Positions 1-10,800 of a DNA stretch of 64,000 nt are shown here, one piece after another (position 1 is the first letter of the stretch; each line of letters starts with the position of its first letter). This DNA comes from a virus. The translations under genes and the position numbers were made by a program. The DNA lies in IMG/VR virus record IMGVR_UViG_3300042869_001157, positions 2,598 to 66,597 of that record. One strand, written 5' to 3'. The notes beneath the pieces are model-generated. The model was not told the DNA's origin and did not search any database. It worked only from the letters and a program-made list of their open reading frames with translations.

Positions 1-2423
1 AAATATGTGAATGCACTAACGGCGGAGTCAACTTGGTCGTCGTGGTTGCATGCTTCAGGGAATGAAGACATTTCATCAAGCCAGTCTGTAAGCCAAGGCC
101 CTCTGAGGCATCGAACGTTTCCGTTAGCGACAGCAGCAGCAAATGGTCTGGCTCGTGTTATTTTATCTCCAGTTGAACGTATGCCACCAAAATCAAATCC
201 GTGTAAAACATTTCTCGCATACTGATCAACTAGGGCTTTGCCGGATGAACCTGGTTCTTGCTCCATTCTGATGGCGACAGTGTGTCCGTCTTCGTATGCT
301 GTTTGAGCAATGAGTTGTTCTACTTTTTCGCCTTTGACTCTGGCTTTCTTTACGTCCAATACATATGCTACGCCACCATCGAAAAGCATCAACGTGCCTA
401 CGGTCCAGTCAGGGTCTGGGTTGGTATAACTTGGTTCTGTGGCTGCTAAGTCCCAAAATCTGACTGCTCTTGCAGATGTTGTGATTGAAGGAATATCAGA
501 GTGATCTACGATAACGACTGCTTCTCTGCTGAACATCGAACCAAGCGTTGTCGCCCACCAGTCACCTTCTTCTAGTCTGCGACGTTCAAGCGGGTCTAGA
601 GCCTGGAGTGCCTGACGATATGAGTCGGCATCAATTCCTGGGTTGTCGGAAAGTTTTGAAGGAACGAAAATTCTTCCTTCTGATATTCCTTCAACAATAA
701 ATCGTTGACGAACCCAGTTGGGTGCTGGGTTGCAAGCGGATCGCATTCTTAATGGGACTTGCGATAGGGGACCAGAACCAGGGCGACGTAGACGAGAGAA
801 CATGTATCGATAATCTGATTCACGGATTTCTGTAACTTCGTCCATCCCAATAAATTGGAATTCTGCACCCTTGTAGCGAAGGAAGTCCTGCGAGTTATTG
901 AGGTATCCGAATGAAATTCTTGCTCCTGAAGGGAATACGGCGGTGTAGTTGTTAGCGTTCCATCTGACGTCATCAATTGTTGACATCCAATGAATGAAAC
1001 GGTCCATGATGGCTCCAGGAAGAGCAAGGTCGGCATAAGTACGACGGAAAATAATTGCTGAATAACCTGGTACATCGATATATTGCATCGCCGCCATGAG
1101 GAGCGCCGACGAATTATGCGTAGGAATAAAATCCTCTGATACTAAATATAAACTATCTGGCGAAGAAACACGAATACACTTCATCGGCAGAGGACCAGTA
1201 CGTTCCGCAGAAACGATATAGCGGAAGTTTGTTACGCGTCGCTCTGTCCCCAATAACGGCTCAAGACGCTCGGCTTTCCTCGTCAGACGAAACACTTGAA
1301 TCTTGGCACGAAACTTTACTTTCCATGTTGGTCCATAGTCTTTGCCATTCAGTTTGGCACGACCTTCTCTAATCGTTACTTTGTGTCCAAGAGAGCGAGC
1401 AAGGTGGGCCACCCCTTCTGTCAGGCTCTGGTTTGTATTGAGAAACTCAACAGTTCCGTTCGTAAGACAATTACCGTCGGTGTCCATCAATCCTTGAAGA
1501 AGCGCCAAACGCTGTTCTTTTGAAGCCCAAAGATAATCGTGCGGAATATGCTTGTTCTTTAATAGGTTGAGTGAACGTAGTTCACCCATAAGACGACCAC
1601 CGAAGTAGAAACTAGAGGCCTTATTATCAATCTTGGTCTGCATGCTTGTAAGCGTGTACCCCGCCGTCTCTATTGTCTCGACAATCGAGTCATCCATAGA
1701 GGTGATAATTGGGTTGTTCTTACTTCCATCTCCTAGCCATACGCCTAGAATATACGGGTCTATCAACAGGTCTTTCTCTGGCAACTGGAGTGGCCCACAG
1801 ACAGGAATGGCATGGTTTGCCCGACCACCACGAACGGTGAGCGTAGCGACGATTTGGGCGGTGGTACGAACCGTTCCGGTTGGAGTATCCATGACCTCTG
1901 GAGGATTTAACTTGTTCCACTCCTTACGAGACTCCGATAGGAACTCTCGATGTCCGGTTGTGTGATCAGTTTTTACTCCACCCCCAACGAGCGAACGAGA
2001 TTCTCTTTTGTTTCTTCGCTTCTCACGGAATTCTGGTGTTCGCTTGGTTAGGGCCTCAAGTTCACGAGCATCATATGTGAGCCAAAGATGTTCATCGTGT
2101 GCGTCTACTGTTGAACCGTCATCAAAAGTTAATTTGTATCCATCCACAATTTCAACATCTGATTCAGCAAGAACAACATGCGGGTTTCCATCACGACCAA
2201 AAATAAAATCACCCGGTTTGATATCCCCCATTTTTACAAATCCATTAGGAGTAGGTAACACATTGTTAGTGTATATGAGTTTACCTCCGCCTGCTGCTCC
2301 GCCAAATAGGGCTTCCAATGAGTAGGTTCTTAGGAATACCTTTTGTGTCAGCGATGGTGTTTCTGGGCAAAACGGTGGCATTTTTGGTTCCAGATATTCA
2401 AGAACTTTATTCCAATCGGGCAT
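1..2423 (-). CDS. terL: Terminase large subunit, intein-containing; C-terminus runs off the window edge
   Basis: Absent from the ORF track, presumably because no stop falls inside the window. Manual translation from ATG at 2423 gives MPDWNKVLEYLEPK...EALFGGAAGGGK (Walker A), then the intein, then SSALLMAAMQYIDVPGYSAIIFRRTYADL. The same frame near base 1 reads WLDEMSSFPEACNHDDQVDS, the RNase H-like nuclease motif of TerL. Confidence 0.95.
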   Translation of the reverse strand, partial: MPDWNKVLEYLEPKMPPFCPETPSLTQKVFLRTYSLEALFGGAAGGGKLIYTNNVLPTPNGFVKMGDIKPGDFIFGRDGNPHVVLAESDVEIVDGYKLTFDDGSTVDAHDEHLWLTYDARELEALTKRTPEFREKRRNKRESRSLVGGGVKTDHTTGHREFLSESRKEWNKLNPPEVMDTPTGTVRTTAQIVATLTVRGGRANHAIPVCGPLQLPEKDLLIDPYILGVWLGDGSKNNPIITSMDDSIVETIETAGYTLTSMQTKIDNKASSFYFGGRLMGELRSLNLLKNKHIPHDYLWASKEQRLALLQGLMDTDGNCLTNGTVEFLNTNQSLTEGVAHLARSLGHKVTIREGRAKLNGKDYGPTWKVKFRAKIQVFRLTRKAERLEPLLGTERRVTNFRYIVSAERTGPLPMKCIRVSSPDSLYLVSEDFIPTHNSSALLMAAMQYIDVPGYSAIIFRRTYADLALPGAIMDRFIHWMSTIDDVRWNANNYTAVFPSGARISFGYLNNSQDFLRYKGAEFQFIGMDEVTEIRESDYRYMFSRLRRPGSGPLSQVPLRMRSACNPAPNWVRQRFIVEGISEGRIFVPSKLSDNPGIDADSYRQALQALDPLERRRLEEGDWWATTLGSMFSREAVVIVDHSDIPSITTSARAVRFWDLAATEPSYTNPDPDWTVGTLMLFDGGVAYVLDVKKARVKGEKVEQLIAQTAYEDGHTVAIRMEQEPGSSGKALVDQYARNVLHGFDFGGIRSTGDKITRARPFAAAVANGNVRCLRGPWLTDWLDEMSSFPEACNHDDQVDSAVSAFTY
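1113..2279 (-). mobile_element. Intein (about 389 aa) with LAGLIDADG homing endonuclease, inserted in the TerL Walker A motif; class 3-like
   Basis: Block A LIYTNNVLPTPNGFVKMGDIKPGDFIFGRDG and block B DAHDEHLW. Endonuclease motifs DPYILGVWLGDG and LLQGLMDTDG. Block F MKCIRV and block G IPTHN followed by Ser. Splicing restores GGAAGGGK-S. Confidence 0.92.
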
Positions 2424-2464
2424 TGTCCACTCCAGTCAGTGTTTTATGTATTAGATTGTTCTTT

Positions 2465-2698
2465 GTGAAAACTCGTAAAAAGCGAAACAAGACAGAACCT
2501 TCTCGTATCAAGATTACATTAACTCGTTTGAGATTGTTTTTATTGCGCATCAGAACACGTACAGTAGCAGCAAATATAATGATGGTATTATTCATACTGT
2601 TGACAAGTGTCGGTACGTTTATGTATTCTCCTGCCCTCGGGCTGGTAGTTGCTGGAGTGTGTTGTGGAATTTTTGGCATCCTGTTAGGGCTTGAGTAA
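2465..2698 (+). CDS. Small membrane protein upstream of the portal (start uncertain)
   Basis: Basic N-terminus and two hydrophobic helices. Stop lies 3 nt before the portal ATG. The longer ORF-track version overlaps terL. Confidence 0.6.
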   Translation: MKTRKKRNKTEPSRIKITLTRLRLFLLRIRTRTVAANIMMVLFILLTSVGTFMYSPALGLVVAGVCCGIFGILLGLE

Positions 2699-2701
2699 AA
2701 C

Positions 2702-4741
2702 ATGGCTTGGAATATTTCTAATAAATCATTAAATGGCCAGAGTGGGAAGTCACTCATTGGTCCTGGCGCTCCAGTTTCGGCAAACCCAAGTTTTGTTGGG
2801 CGTGCCTATCGTGACCCCTGGGATATTGAGCGTGCTTATCGCGAAGGAATGCAGAAAGTCACATGGGTGGCACGCTGTATCGACGCCATTGCGGGTAACC
2901 AGGCTCGCCTCCCTGTCATTCTTCGTAAAGAAAATTCTCCAATCGGTCGCATCGTTCGTGGAGAAACCGCTTCTAAATCATCATTATTGACAATTTTGAA
3001 CACAAAATCCAATATTGGTGAAAATGCGTATATTTTTAGGTATCGCCTTTCTTCTCAAATTCTTCTTGGAACTCGCGGCGCTTTTATTGAGAAAGTTCGT
3101 GGTCGTGATGGCTCAATTATTGGCCTGAACCTCCTCCCCCCTCAATCAACGGCACCTATCCCTGATCCGATTAAGTTTGTTTCTGGATATGAAGTCTTGA
3201 TGCCAACTGGGGATAAAATCATCATGAATCCTGATGATGTTATTTGGGTTCGTCGTCCTCACCCGCTAGACCCATATTTGTCATTGACACCTATGGAATC
3301 TGCTGGCATTGCCATCGAAATTGAAAACTTAGCCAAACTATATAACCGCAACTACCTCCTTAATGATGGTCGTCCAGGTGGTTTATTGGTTTTGCGTGGT
3401 GAAATTGATGACGATGATAAAGATGAGTTAAGGAACCGTTTTAGAGGAAACTTGGGTCGTGTTGGCTCAACTTCTGTTATTTCGGCTGATGATGGCGTTG
3501 ATTATGTTGATACTTCGTCAAATCCGCGTGATGCTGCCTATATTCAGATGCGTCAGATCACTAAAGAGGAAATTCTTGCTTCGTTTGGTGTTCCTGAGTC
3601 GGTTATTGGTAATGCGTCTGGTCGAACGTTTAGTAACGCTGCCGAGGAAGTGAGCGTTTTCTGGAATGAGACTATGTCTCCTCACTTGGAGATTTTGGCA
3701 CGAGCACTTGATGACCTTGATGCCGAACATTATGTTGACTTTGATACTTCTGACGTTCCGTACTTGATTATCACTAAGCAGGAGCGCGAAAGATACCTGT
3801 TAGATGAGCAGAGTCGCGGTCTTATTAGCGTCAACGAATATCGTGAAGGAACCGGTCGTAAGAAAGTTGAATCAGAGTTGGCGGACAGTCTTCTCATGAA
3901 CCCCAATTTGACTCCAATCGCAAATACAACGAAACCCACCCCTCCTCCTGGTCAGGGCGGCGTGCCTATGGGTGGCGGTGCTCCTGGCGTTCCTGGGATG
4001 CCCCCTGGAATGCCTCCTGGCGCCCCCGGAATGCCTCCTGGCGCTGATGGGGCTCCTGCTCCAGATACTATGGCCGGAGCACTTATGGCAGAACAGGGTG
4101 GAATCCCTGGTGCACCTGCTGGTTTTCCTGGAATGGGGATGCCTGGTGGTGGGGTCCCTGGAGGGCCTGAAGGTGCGATGGGTCAAATGTCAGACACTCA
4201 GCCGTTGGCTTATAAGGATGAGGGCACGGAGCGAGATACGGCGATTGTGCGCTGGGAAGAAATTTTGGATCGAAGCCTTGAGCGGGTGCTTGAACGTCAG
4301 CAGCGTGTTGTTTTGGAGAAGGTCGGTGGCAAGAAGGCTAGGGATTTCTTGAGTTCTGGTTCTTTGGACTCTGAAAGTATATTGAATAGCGATACTTGGA
4401 CTAAGCAGATGGATGAGGATATTCGTCCTGTGCTTTCGGCTATTTTGAAAGACTCAAAGTCTATTTATGCAGAAAAGTCAGCGGATTATTCTGGTCCTTC
4501 GGCGTCAGATGTTCATGCACATCTTGATGCTCAGATGACTAGAATTAAGTCCATTAACGATGATACTCGCTCTCTTTTGGATATGGCTATCTTTAATTCG
4601 TTTGGAATCAAGAACGAAGAAGAACGATTGAGTGCCCTCAAAACATCTATTGTCAGCATTTATACTGATTTGTTGGTGAAGGTTCGTCCAGAGATTGCTT
4701 CGTCGGAGGCTCGCCGTGCCTGGGACTACTGTAGGCCATAG
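2702..4741 (+). CDS. Phage portal protein (HK97 family) with a Pro/Gly/Met-rich insert and C-terminal extension
   Basis: Motifs WVARCIDAIA, GTRGAFIE, LSLTPMESA, NDGRPGGLL, EEILASFGVP, FSNA and GLISVNEYRE are typical of HK97-family portals. Position between terL and the protease fits. Confidence 0.93.
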   Translation: MAWNISNKSLNGQSGKSLIGPGAPVSANPSFVGRAYRDPWDIERAYREGMQKVTWVARCIDAIAGNQARLPVILRKENSPIGRIVRGETASKSSLLTILNTKSNIGENAYIFRYRLSSQILLGTRGAFIEKVRGRDGSIIGLNLLPPQSTAPIPDPIKFVSGYEVLMPTGDKIIMNPDDVIWVRRPHPLDPYLSLTPMESAGIAIEIENLAKLYNRNYLLNDGRPGGLLVLRGEIDDDDKDELRNRFRGNLGRVGSTSVISADDGVDYVDTSSNPRDAAYIQMRQITKEEILASFGVPESVIGNASGRTFSNAAEEVSVFWNETMSPHLEILARALDDLDAEHYVDFDTSDVPYLIITKQERERYLLDEQSRGLISVNEYREGTGRKKVESELADSLLMNPNLTPIANTTKPTPPPGQGGVPMGGGAPGVPGMPPGMPPGAPGMPPGADGAPAPDTMAGALMAEQGGIPGAPAGFPGMGMPGGGVPGGPEGAMGQMSDTQPLAYKDEGTERDTAIVRWEEILDRSLERVLERQQRVVLEKVGGKKARDFLSSGSLDSESILNSDTWTKQMDEDIRPVLSAILKDSKSIYAEKSADYSGPSASDVHAHLDAQMTRIKSINDDTRSLLDMAIFNSFGIKNEEERLSALKTSIVSIYTDLLVKVRPEIASSEARRAWDYCRP

Positions 4742-4774
4742 TTTCCGTAAACTAAAACACTTTCCGTAAACTAA
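4742..4774 (+). repeat. 14-bp direct repeat TTTCCGTAAACTAA x2 in the portal-protease intergenic region
   Basis: Copies at 4742-4755 and 4761-4774. Confidence 0.8.
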
Positions 4775-4860
4775 TTTATATTTGGCCGAAAAATACTTAA
4801 CAGTTGCATTAAACCATTAGCCACTTAACTATTATGGTACAAGATAGTTAAGGAGCCCTA

Positions 4861-7800
4861 ATGTCCAATTTCTCCACGTCAGACATACTTTTCAAAGCAC
4901 TCGATGGTCAAATCAATATTGACTCAGCGCAAGGAATTGTTGAATGTTTCGTAGCCGCCATCGGCAACAAGGACTCGGTAGGTGATGTCATCGTCAGCGG
5001 TGCGTTTACGGAAAGTCTCAAGCGTCGTAAGCCACGCGTAGTTTGGGGACACAACTGGAACGATCCCATCGGTAAGGTTCTAGAAATCTACGAAGTACCA
5101 GCGAACGACCCACGCATCCCCATGAAGATGAAGATGGCTGGCGTTGGTGGACTGTACTCTCGCGTTCAGTTCAACCTTGCAACCGAAAAGGGACGTGAAG
5201 CCTTCGCCAGTGTGGCGTTCTTTGGACAAGAACAAGAATGGTCAATTGGCTACAAGACACTCCAAGCAACATTTGACCCCACAATGCAAGCAAACGTTCT
5301 ACGTGAAGTTGAACTATATGAAGTCAGCCCTGTTCTTCACGGCGCAAACCAACTAACCGCAACACTTTCCGTCAAGAGCGATGATGGTGGAGAAAAGTGT
5401 GGACCTGAAGGAATGCACGGCGGGATGCACGGTGGAATGAACGCCAGCCGACCAGGATCAACCACTATCGATATCCCTCGCTTCAACCTTATTCCGGCAA
5501 AGCCACGATCATTCTCGACAGAGAACGAACGTACCGACATTTTTGCTCAAGGCGAATCTGGACAGTTGGGCGACGAGGCCCGCACAGCACTTGAAATGGA
5601 ATTATCATCACGTTCAGCAAGCCCACTCAGAGTAGTCAATGCAACCGAAAATAGTGTTGTATTTGATCGCACAATGCCAGATGGAACACGCATGACCTAT
5701 CGCATTGGGTACCATCGCGAGTCACAAAGCGGCAGATACATGTTCGGCAAGCCAGAGAAGATGGCTTCACAACAGATAGTTCCATCACAAATGCCTTCAA
5801 TGCCAATGTCGGTCAAGCCAGGATACGTAACTCGGTCCTACAGTGATGCGCAGCAGCCAATCGCAATGATGAAATCATTCGATGAGCAACTTGATCAGGC
5901 CGTTGAAATTCTCTCCAATGCCGGAGAAGATGAAACAATCAAAGAAAGCGAATTGCAAAAAATTCAAGACGCCATCGACTATCTACGCAATCTCGCCGAT
6001 GGACAGCAGAAAAAAACTGCTTTAGAATATTCGGTATGGTGTAAGCCACAATATGCATACAAAGTCAAGTCACTACTAGACCCCGTACTCAATTACCATC
6101 GCCTAGAAGCACACGTTGACGACTACGGTGTTCATGTAACTAGCGGGCTCAATGAAGATTCGCTACAGGCACTCAGATCAGCCCATAAAAATATTGCTTC
6201 CTACCTTGATGGTGGCGGTGGTTCAAAAAAAGGTGATGGGGCGCCTAACACCAAAGCCGCCCCCAAGACCAGAATAAAAGCCCTTAGTGGCAAAATTGGT
6301 CCTAAAATTGGTGGCGGTTTGCGTGCTGCTCCTGCAGGCATGGCATTCGTCGACATCACTGGCGTTACTGACGCCGACTCTGACGGCATTGTTTTTGAAG
6401 GTAAACCAGGCTTAGAACGACCAATTATTCCTCGCTTTATCGTACCTAAGAACCTTGCCAGAAAACTTTCAAGCATTGTCGAAGGCGATGCCGAATCAAT
6501 TGAGAAGCAGCGTCGTGCAGGTAATGGCAATGTTTCTTTTGATGAAAAGAAACTTCGCGGGATTATTGATGACATCGGTGGTGACCCCAATCTCTTGCAG
6601 AATATTTCTTCTGACGGCATGCGCTCGCGTGGCGAAATGCGACCCATTGGTTCTGACTTACCATTTGATCTACAAACTGGCAAACCACGCAAACGATTTG
6701 ATGAAACTGATGAGGAATTTGCAAAAAGAACTCGCCCACTTGCGTTTGATTTGAGGCAGACAAAACCTAGCAAGGCAAAGTATTCTATTACGAATTTCTC
6801 CAGTCGAAGCGGCATGCGCTCACGACGTGGTGAATCAAAAGAACGAAGAAAGGCTATTTCGGAAATCGATGACGCAATTTCATTTACCGAGTCATTGAAA
6901 CGTTCCGACGATGGTCCTGCTTTCTTTTTTTCTGATGGCATTGAGGCAGCAAGCGATTTTACCCGTGCTCTTGAATACAATAATCTGTTCAAGTATCTTG
7001 ATTATGAGTCAGATTCTGATTCCGATTCAGGATATCGCGTTAGTCTTGATTTGGAATCAATGGATGATTCTGAACTAAATGACCTTATTGATATTCTTAA
7101 TGATGGTCAAGAACCCGAAGACTATCTTGAAAAAATTCCAACTGATGATTCTCGTGGCATGCGTTCACGCTCGGGTGATCCGGAAATCGATTATCAACTT
7201 GACGAACAAGATGACCGTCAGTTCCGTGACAATCGTCTTGATGCACCGCGCAAGAAGCCCCAGAAGTCGATGCGAGAACTTCGTGAAGAGAATCGCCTGA
7301 AGCGTCAGCGTGAGGCAGAGAATGACCCCGAGTACATTCAGTATATGCTTGACGAGCAAGCAGACATGCAGCGCGATATGGAACGCGAAGAACGTGGCAT
7401 GCGTTCACGACGTGGTTCAACTTATAGAGAACGTGGTCCAAGTTATGAAGAGCAATTCGAGGACCTAGATCAAGATTCTGGTCATTTCAATAATTTACTT
7501 GAACGTACTGTCGAAACAATGATCGAAGATGACGAACTTGACCCGAAGGACGTTGATTGGTCAAACATTCTTGACAATGAAAAAGTAATGAGTCGTGCCG
7601 AAGAAATGTGGAATTCTGACGTTGAAGATCATTGGGCTGATGTTGGCGAACGACAGCGCGATGACCGTGGCATGCGTTCACGACGTGGCTATGTTGGTCC
7701 TCCTGATTCGTGGTATGAGCCAGATGACGATCCTTTGGAGCCACTAGAAGAACTAGTCGGTGAAGAGTGGAACAGGGGTGACTCGGATAGATATTACGAG

Positions 7801-10800
7801 ACTGCTCGCGATTGGACTAGAGAAAATGTAGACCAATACAAGGACATGACTGATGATGAATGGGATTCCCTTTTGGATGACGTCAATGCATCAGACGACC
7901 CTATTGCAGCAATGCATAAATTGTTTAAAGAATACGATAATTCCGACGCCTTCGATGATGATATTCGTCGTTTTGCCGAAAGTGATTTAAATAGTTTTGA
8001 TGAAGATTACGATGACCGTGGTTTCCGTTCACGTCTTGGCGACGCGGTACGTAAGCAAGGTCGCGAAATTGGCAAAGACCTCAAGAGAGAGGCTAAGAAA
8101 TTTGCTAGAGAAAAGGGTCGCGAACTCCTTGATGATGCTGTAGACAATATTTTTGATCGCAACAGAAGAGATCGCGGGATGCGTTCGCGTAGATTCAGGG
8201 AAGATAGCAAGCCAGACAAAAAATTAAAACCAGCGTACGGAAGAAGAGGGCCAGTTCAAGCACTTCAAAATATGAGTGACGAGGAACTTGTTAAACTTCT
8301 TCAATCGTATGGCGAAACGGCATGGCGTCCATGGGACAGGAATCCACAATCTTCTTCCCTCCTTTTGAGAGATCGCCCATCATTGAGTTCTTTGGTTCAA
8401 GAACTTGATTCACGTGGTTACGACGTATATCAAAGCGAGGGACGTGAGCCTGAATATTTCGGTGATTATTCCGCCGGAGATAAGAGCGTTTATGCACGCA
8501 AGCGCGGACAAGAGCCATCACCATTGGAAAGAATGCTCAATGGCGAAATGTCATGGGGAGTGGAGGAAGAAACAAAGCCGCAAGATGTCATTGACTCCCA
8601 ACTAGAAGATCGTCGTCGTAGCGAAAGCAAAACATGGAAAGCAACAGTCCCTGACGACTACAAGCCATCAGATGGTGCCCTAGAAACTCTGACACCTGCT
8701 GAAAGAAGACTTCTAGAGACTTTTAAGCCAAAATCTAAAGCACAACGCAAACAAGAAATGCTTGATTCTTTCCGCAATCAAGCAAAACGTGATGTCGACA
8801 GCAATAAACCTTACGATACTTGGGATTGGTACCCCACTTTCGAAGAGTGGGATCAGGAATACAAAAAGAAATTGCGCCAATACAGAAAAGCGCAAAGAAA
8901 AGCCTACGCCCACGATCTAGAAAAAGGCAATGTCAAGCCAGTAGAAGAGCGTGCTGTTCAGCAAACTGGCTGGTCAGTAGAAAATCTTGACTGGGATAAC
9001 TTTAAACCAAAGCCTCTTCGCTTTGGACCTTATGGCGGTCCTCGCGACGTACCGGAACTACTTCGTGGTTTCCGTTCAAAAATTACTGATGGTTTAAGAA
9101 ATGAACGCGATAACAGCGTTAAATCTACGACAACCATAGAACAACGAGCATTCGATATTCTTGCCCAAATGTCGCAGCGTAGCGGCCAGAAATTTGGTTT
9201 GAGCGATAAAGAACTGCAAGACATTTTTGATGGTGACCAAAAGATTAATCCCGAATTGATGAAAATTGTTCGTTCTGAACTAAAGCGTCAAGGGTTCACT
9301 AAAGATGATGTTGCAGATGTATTGAGTGGTCGCTATGCGGGGTATGCCCGAAATAAAATATCCGGAGCACCAGACGATGCTGATCGTGTATTTGAAGGAG
9401 AAATGGAATCTATTTCCAATCGTGCATTCCAGGAATCGATGGACATACTCAGCGATGGGTTGACCATTGAAGAATTCCAAGATTTTGTTTCTTCTGGCAG
9501 AATTCCTCAAGGCAAAGAAAGCATCTTGAGACGCGCCAATGAAGTGTATGACAACATTGTTCAAGATAGTGACAAGCAGCGCGCAATGGGCCTACGTTCT
9601 CGCACAGGACGCAATATTGATGCAGAAATCGACACCAATATCAAGAAGCAACGCGATCTTGAAAAAGAACTCGATGATGAAAAAATTGATTTAGCAGAAT
9701 TCCGTCGCCGTCAAGCACCATTACGCCAAGAGTTTTCTGACCTACGTAAAGAGCAAGGCGCTCAATCAGCAACTAGAAAAGCGCCAGAGTTAGATGCCAC
9801 TGGTCGTCCACGTCGTGAAATGATTGAACGTGACGAAAAAGGAAAAGTCAAATTTGATTCAGAAAAATTCTTAGCAGAACAGAATAGTAAGCGTCGTTCT
9901 ACGATGTCGGAACTTGGTTTCACTGAAGAAGAGATAAATGCTTTGATGGGTGCATCTTCTTCTGGCATGCGTTCACGAGGCAGATCGAACGAAAGTTTCA
10001 AGAATGCTCGCGCTCTGTACTCATCTAAAAACAAAGAAAAAATTGCCGACAGATTGACAGAACTTACGCAACGTCGAAATGAACTTAATGCCAAATCAAA
10101 AGAATTATTGGATCAATATTATGCCAATGGGCGAGATTTTAATGATGAAGAAAATGACATTTATGATGAAATTGAAAATGAATTAGACGACGTCAATGAC
10201 GAAATTAGAGGAATTTCTGATTGGGCAAAATATGCGACAAGTGAAGACACTCAAAGATGGGTTGGTCGAACTGGTATTAGAAAAACCCGTATGGCTTATA
10301 GAAAAATGCTTGACGACGGTGAAATTAGTCAAGGAAAATACGACAGACTCCTTGAGGACCTTATCGACCCTACATTTTTTGATGATGAACATTGGGACAG
10401 CGTAGGCGCCATCCCGTTCATATCATATCTTCGCGATGTTTTTGAAGATGATGATGACATCTTCGTAGATGTAGATAACCAATTATTGACATCTGAAAAA
10501 ATTGATGATTTGTCATCTGATTTTGCTGCAGAAAAAGTTGCAGAAGGCCTTGCTAACTTAAACAACAGAGGAATGCGTTCGCGTTCCGGAAAAAAGAATA
10601 ATTCCGAAAAACGCAAAATGGTCACGAAGTTGACTCCAGATCAAGTTCGTATTATGCAAGAACAAAAACTTCGTTCAAAGAAAATTCCTGGCAAGAAAAA
10701 AGATGGCCCGTCCAAGAATGAGTGGGGTTTCCGTTCACGCGAAGACTTTGGCAATTCTGCTGGCGCAGCAATCAACTATTTGAGCGAAATTTTCTCTAAA

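Noticed and set aside
7-2325. Short ORF-track ORFs over the terminase region
   Set aside because: They are shadow frames of the terL/intein reading frame on the minus strand.
6009-6016. Second A7 run as a frameshift site
   Set aside because: In frame it reads G AAA AAA, not a canonical X XXY YYZ heptamer, and no clear downstream stem was seen.
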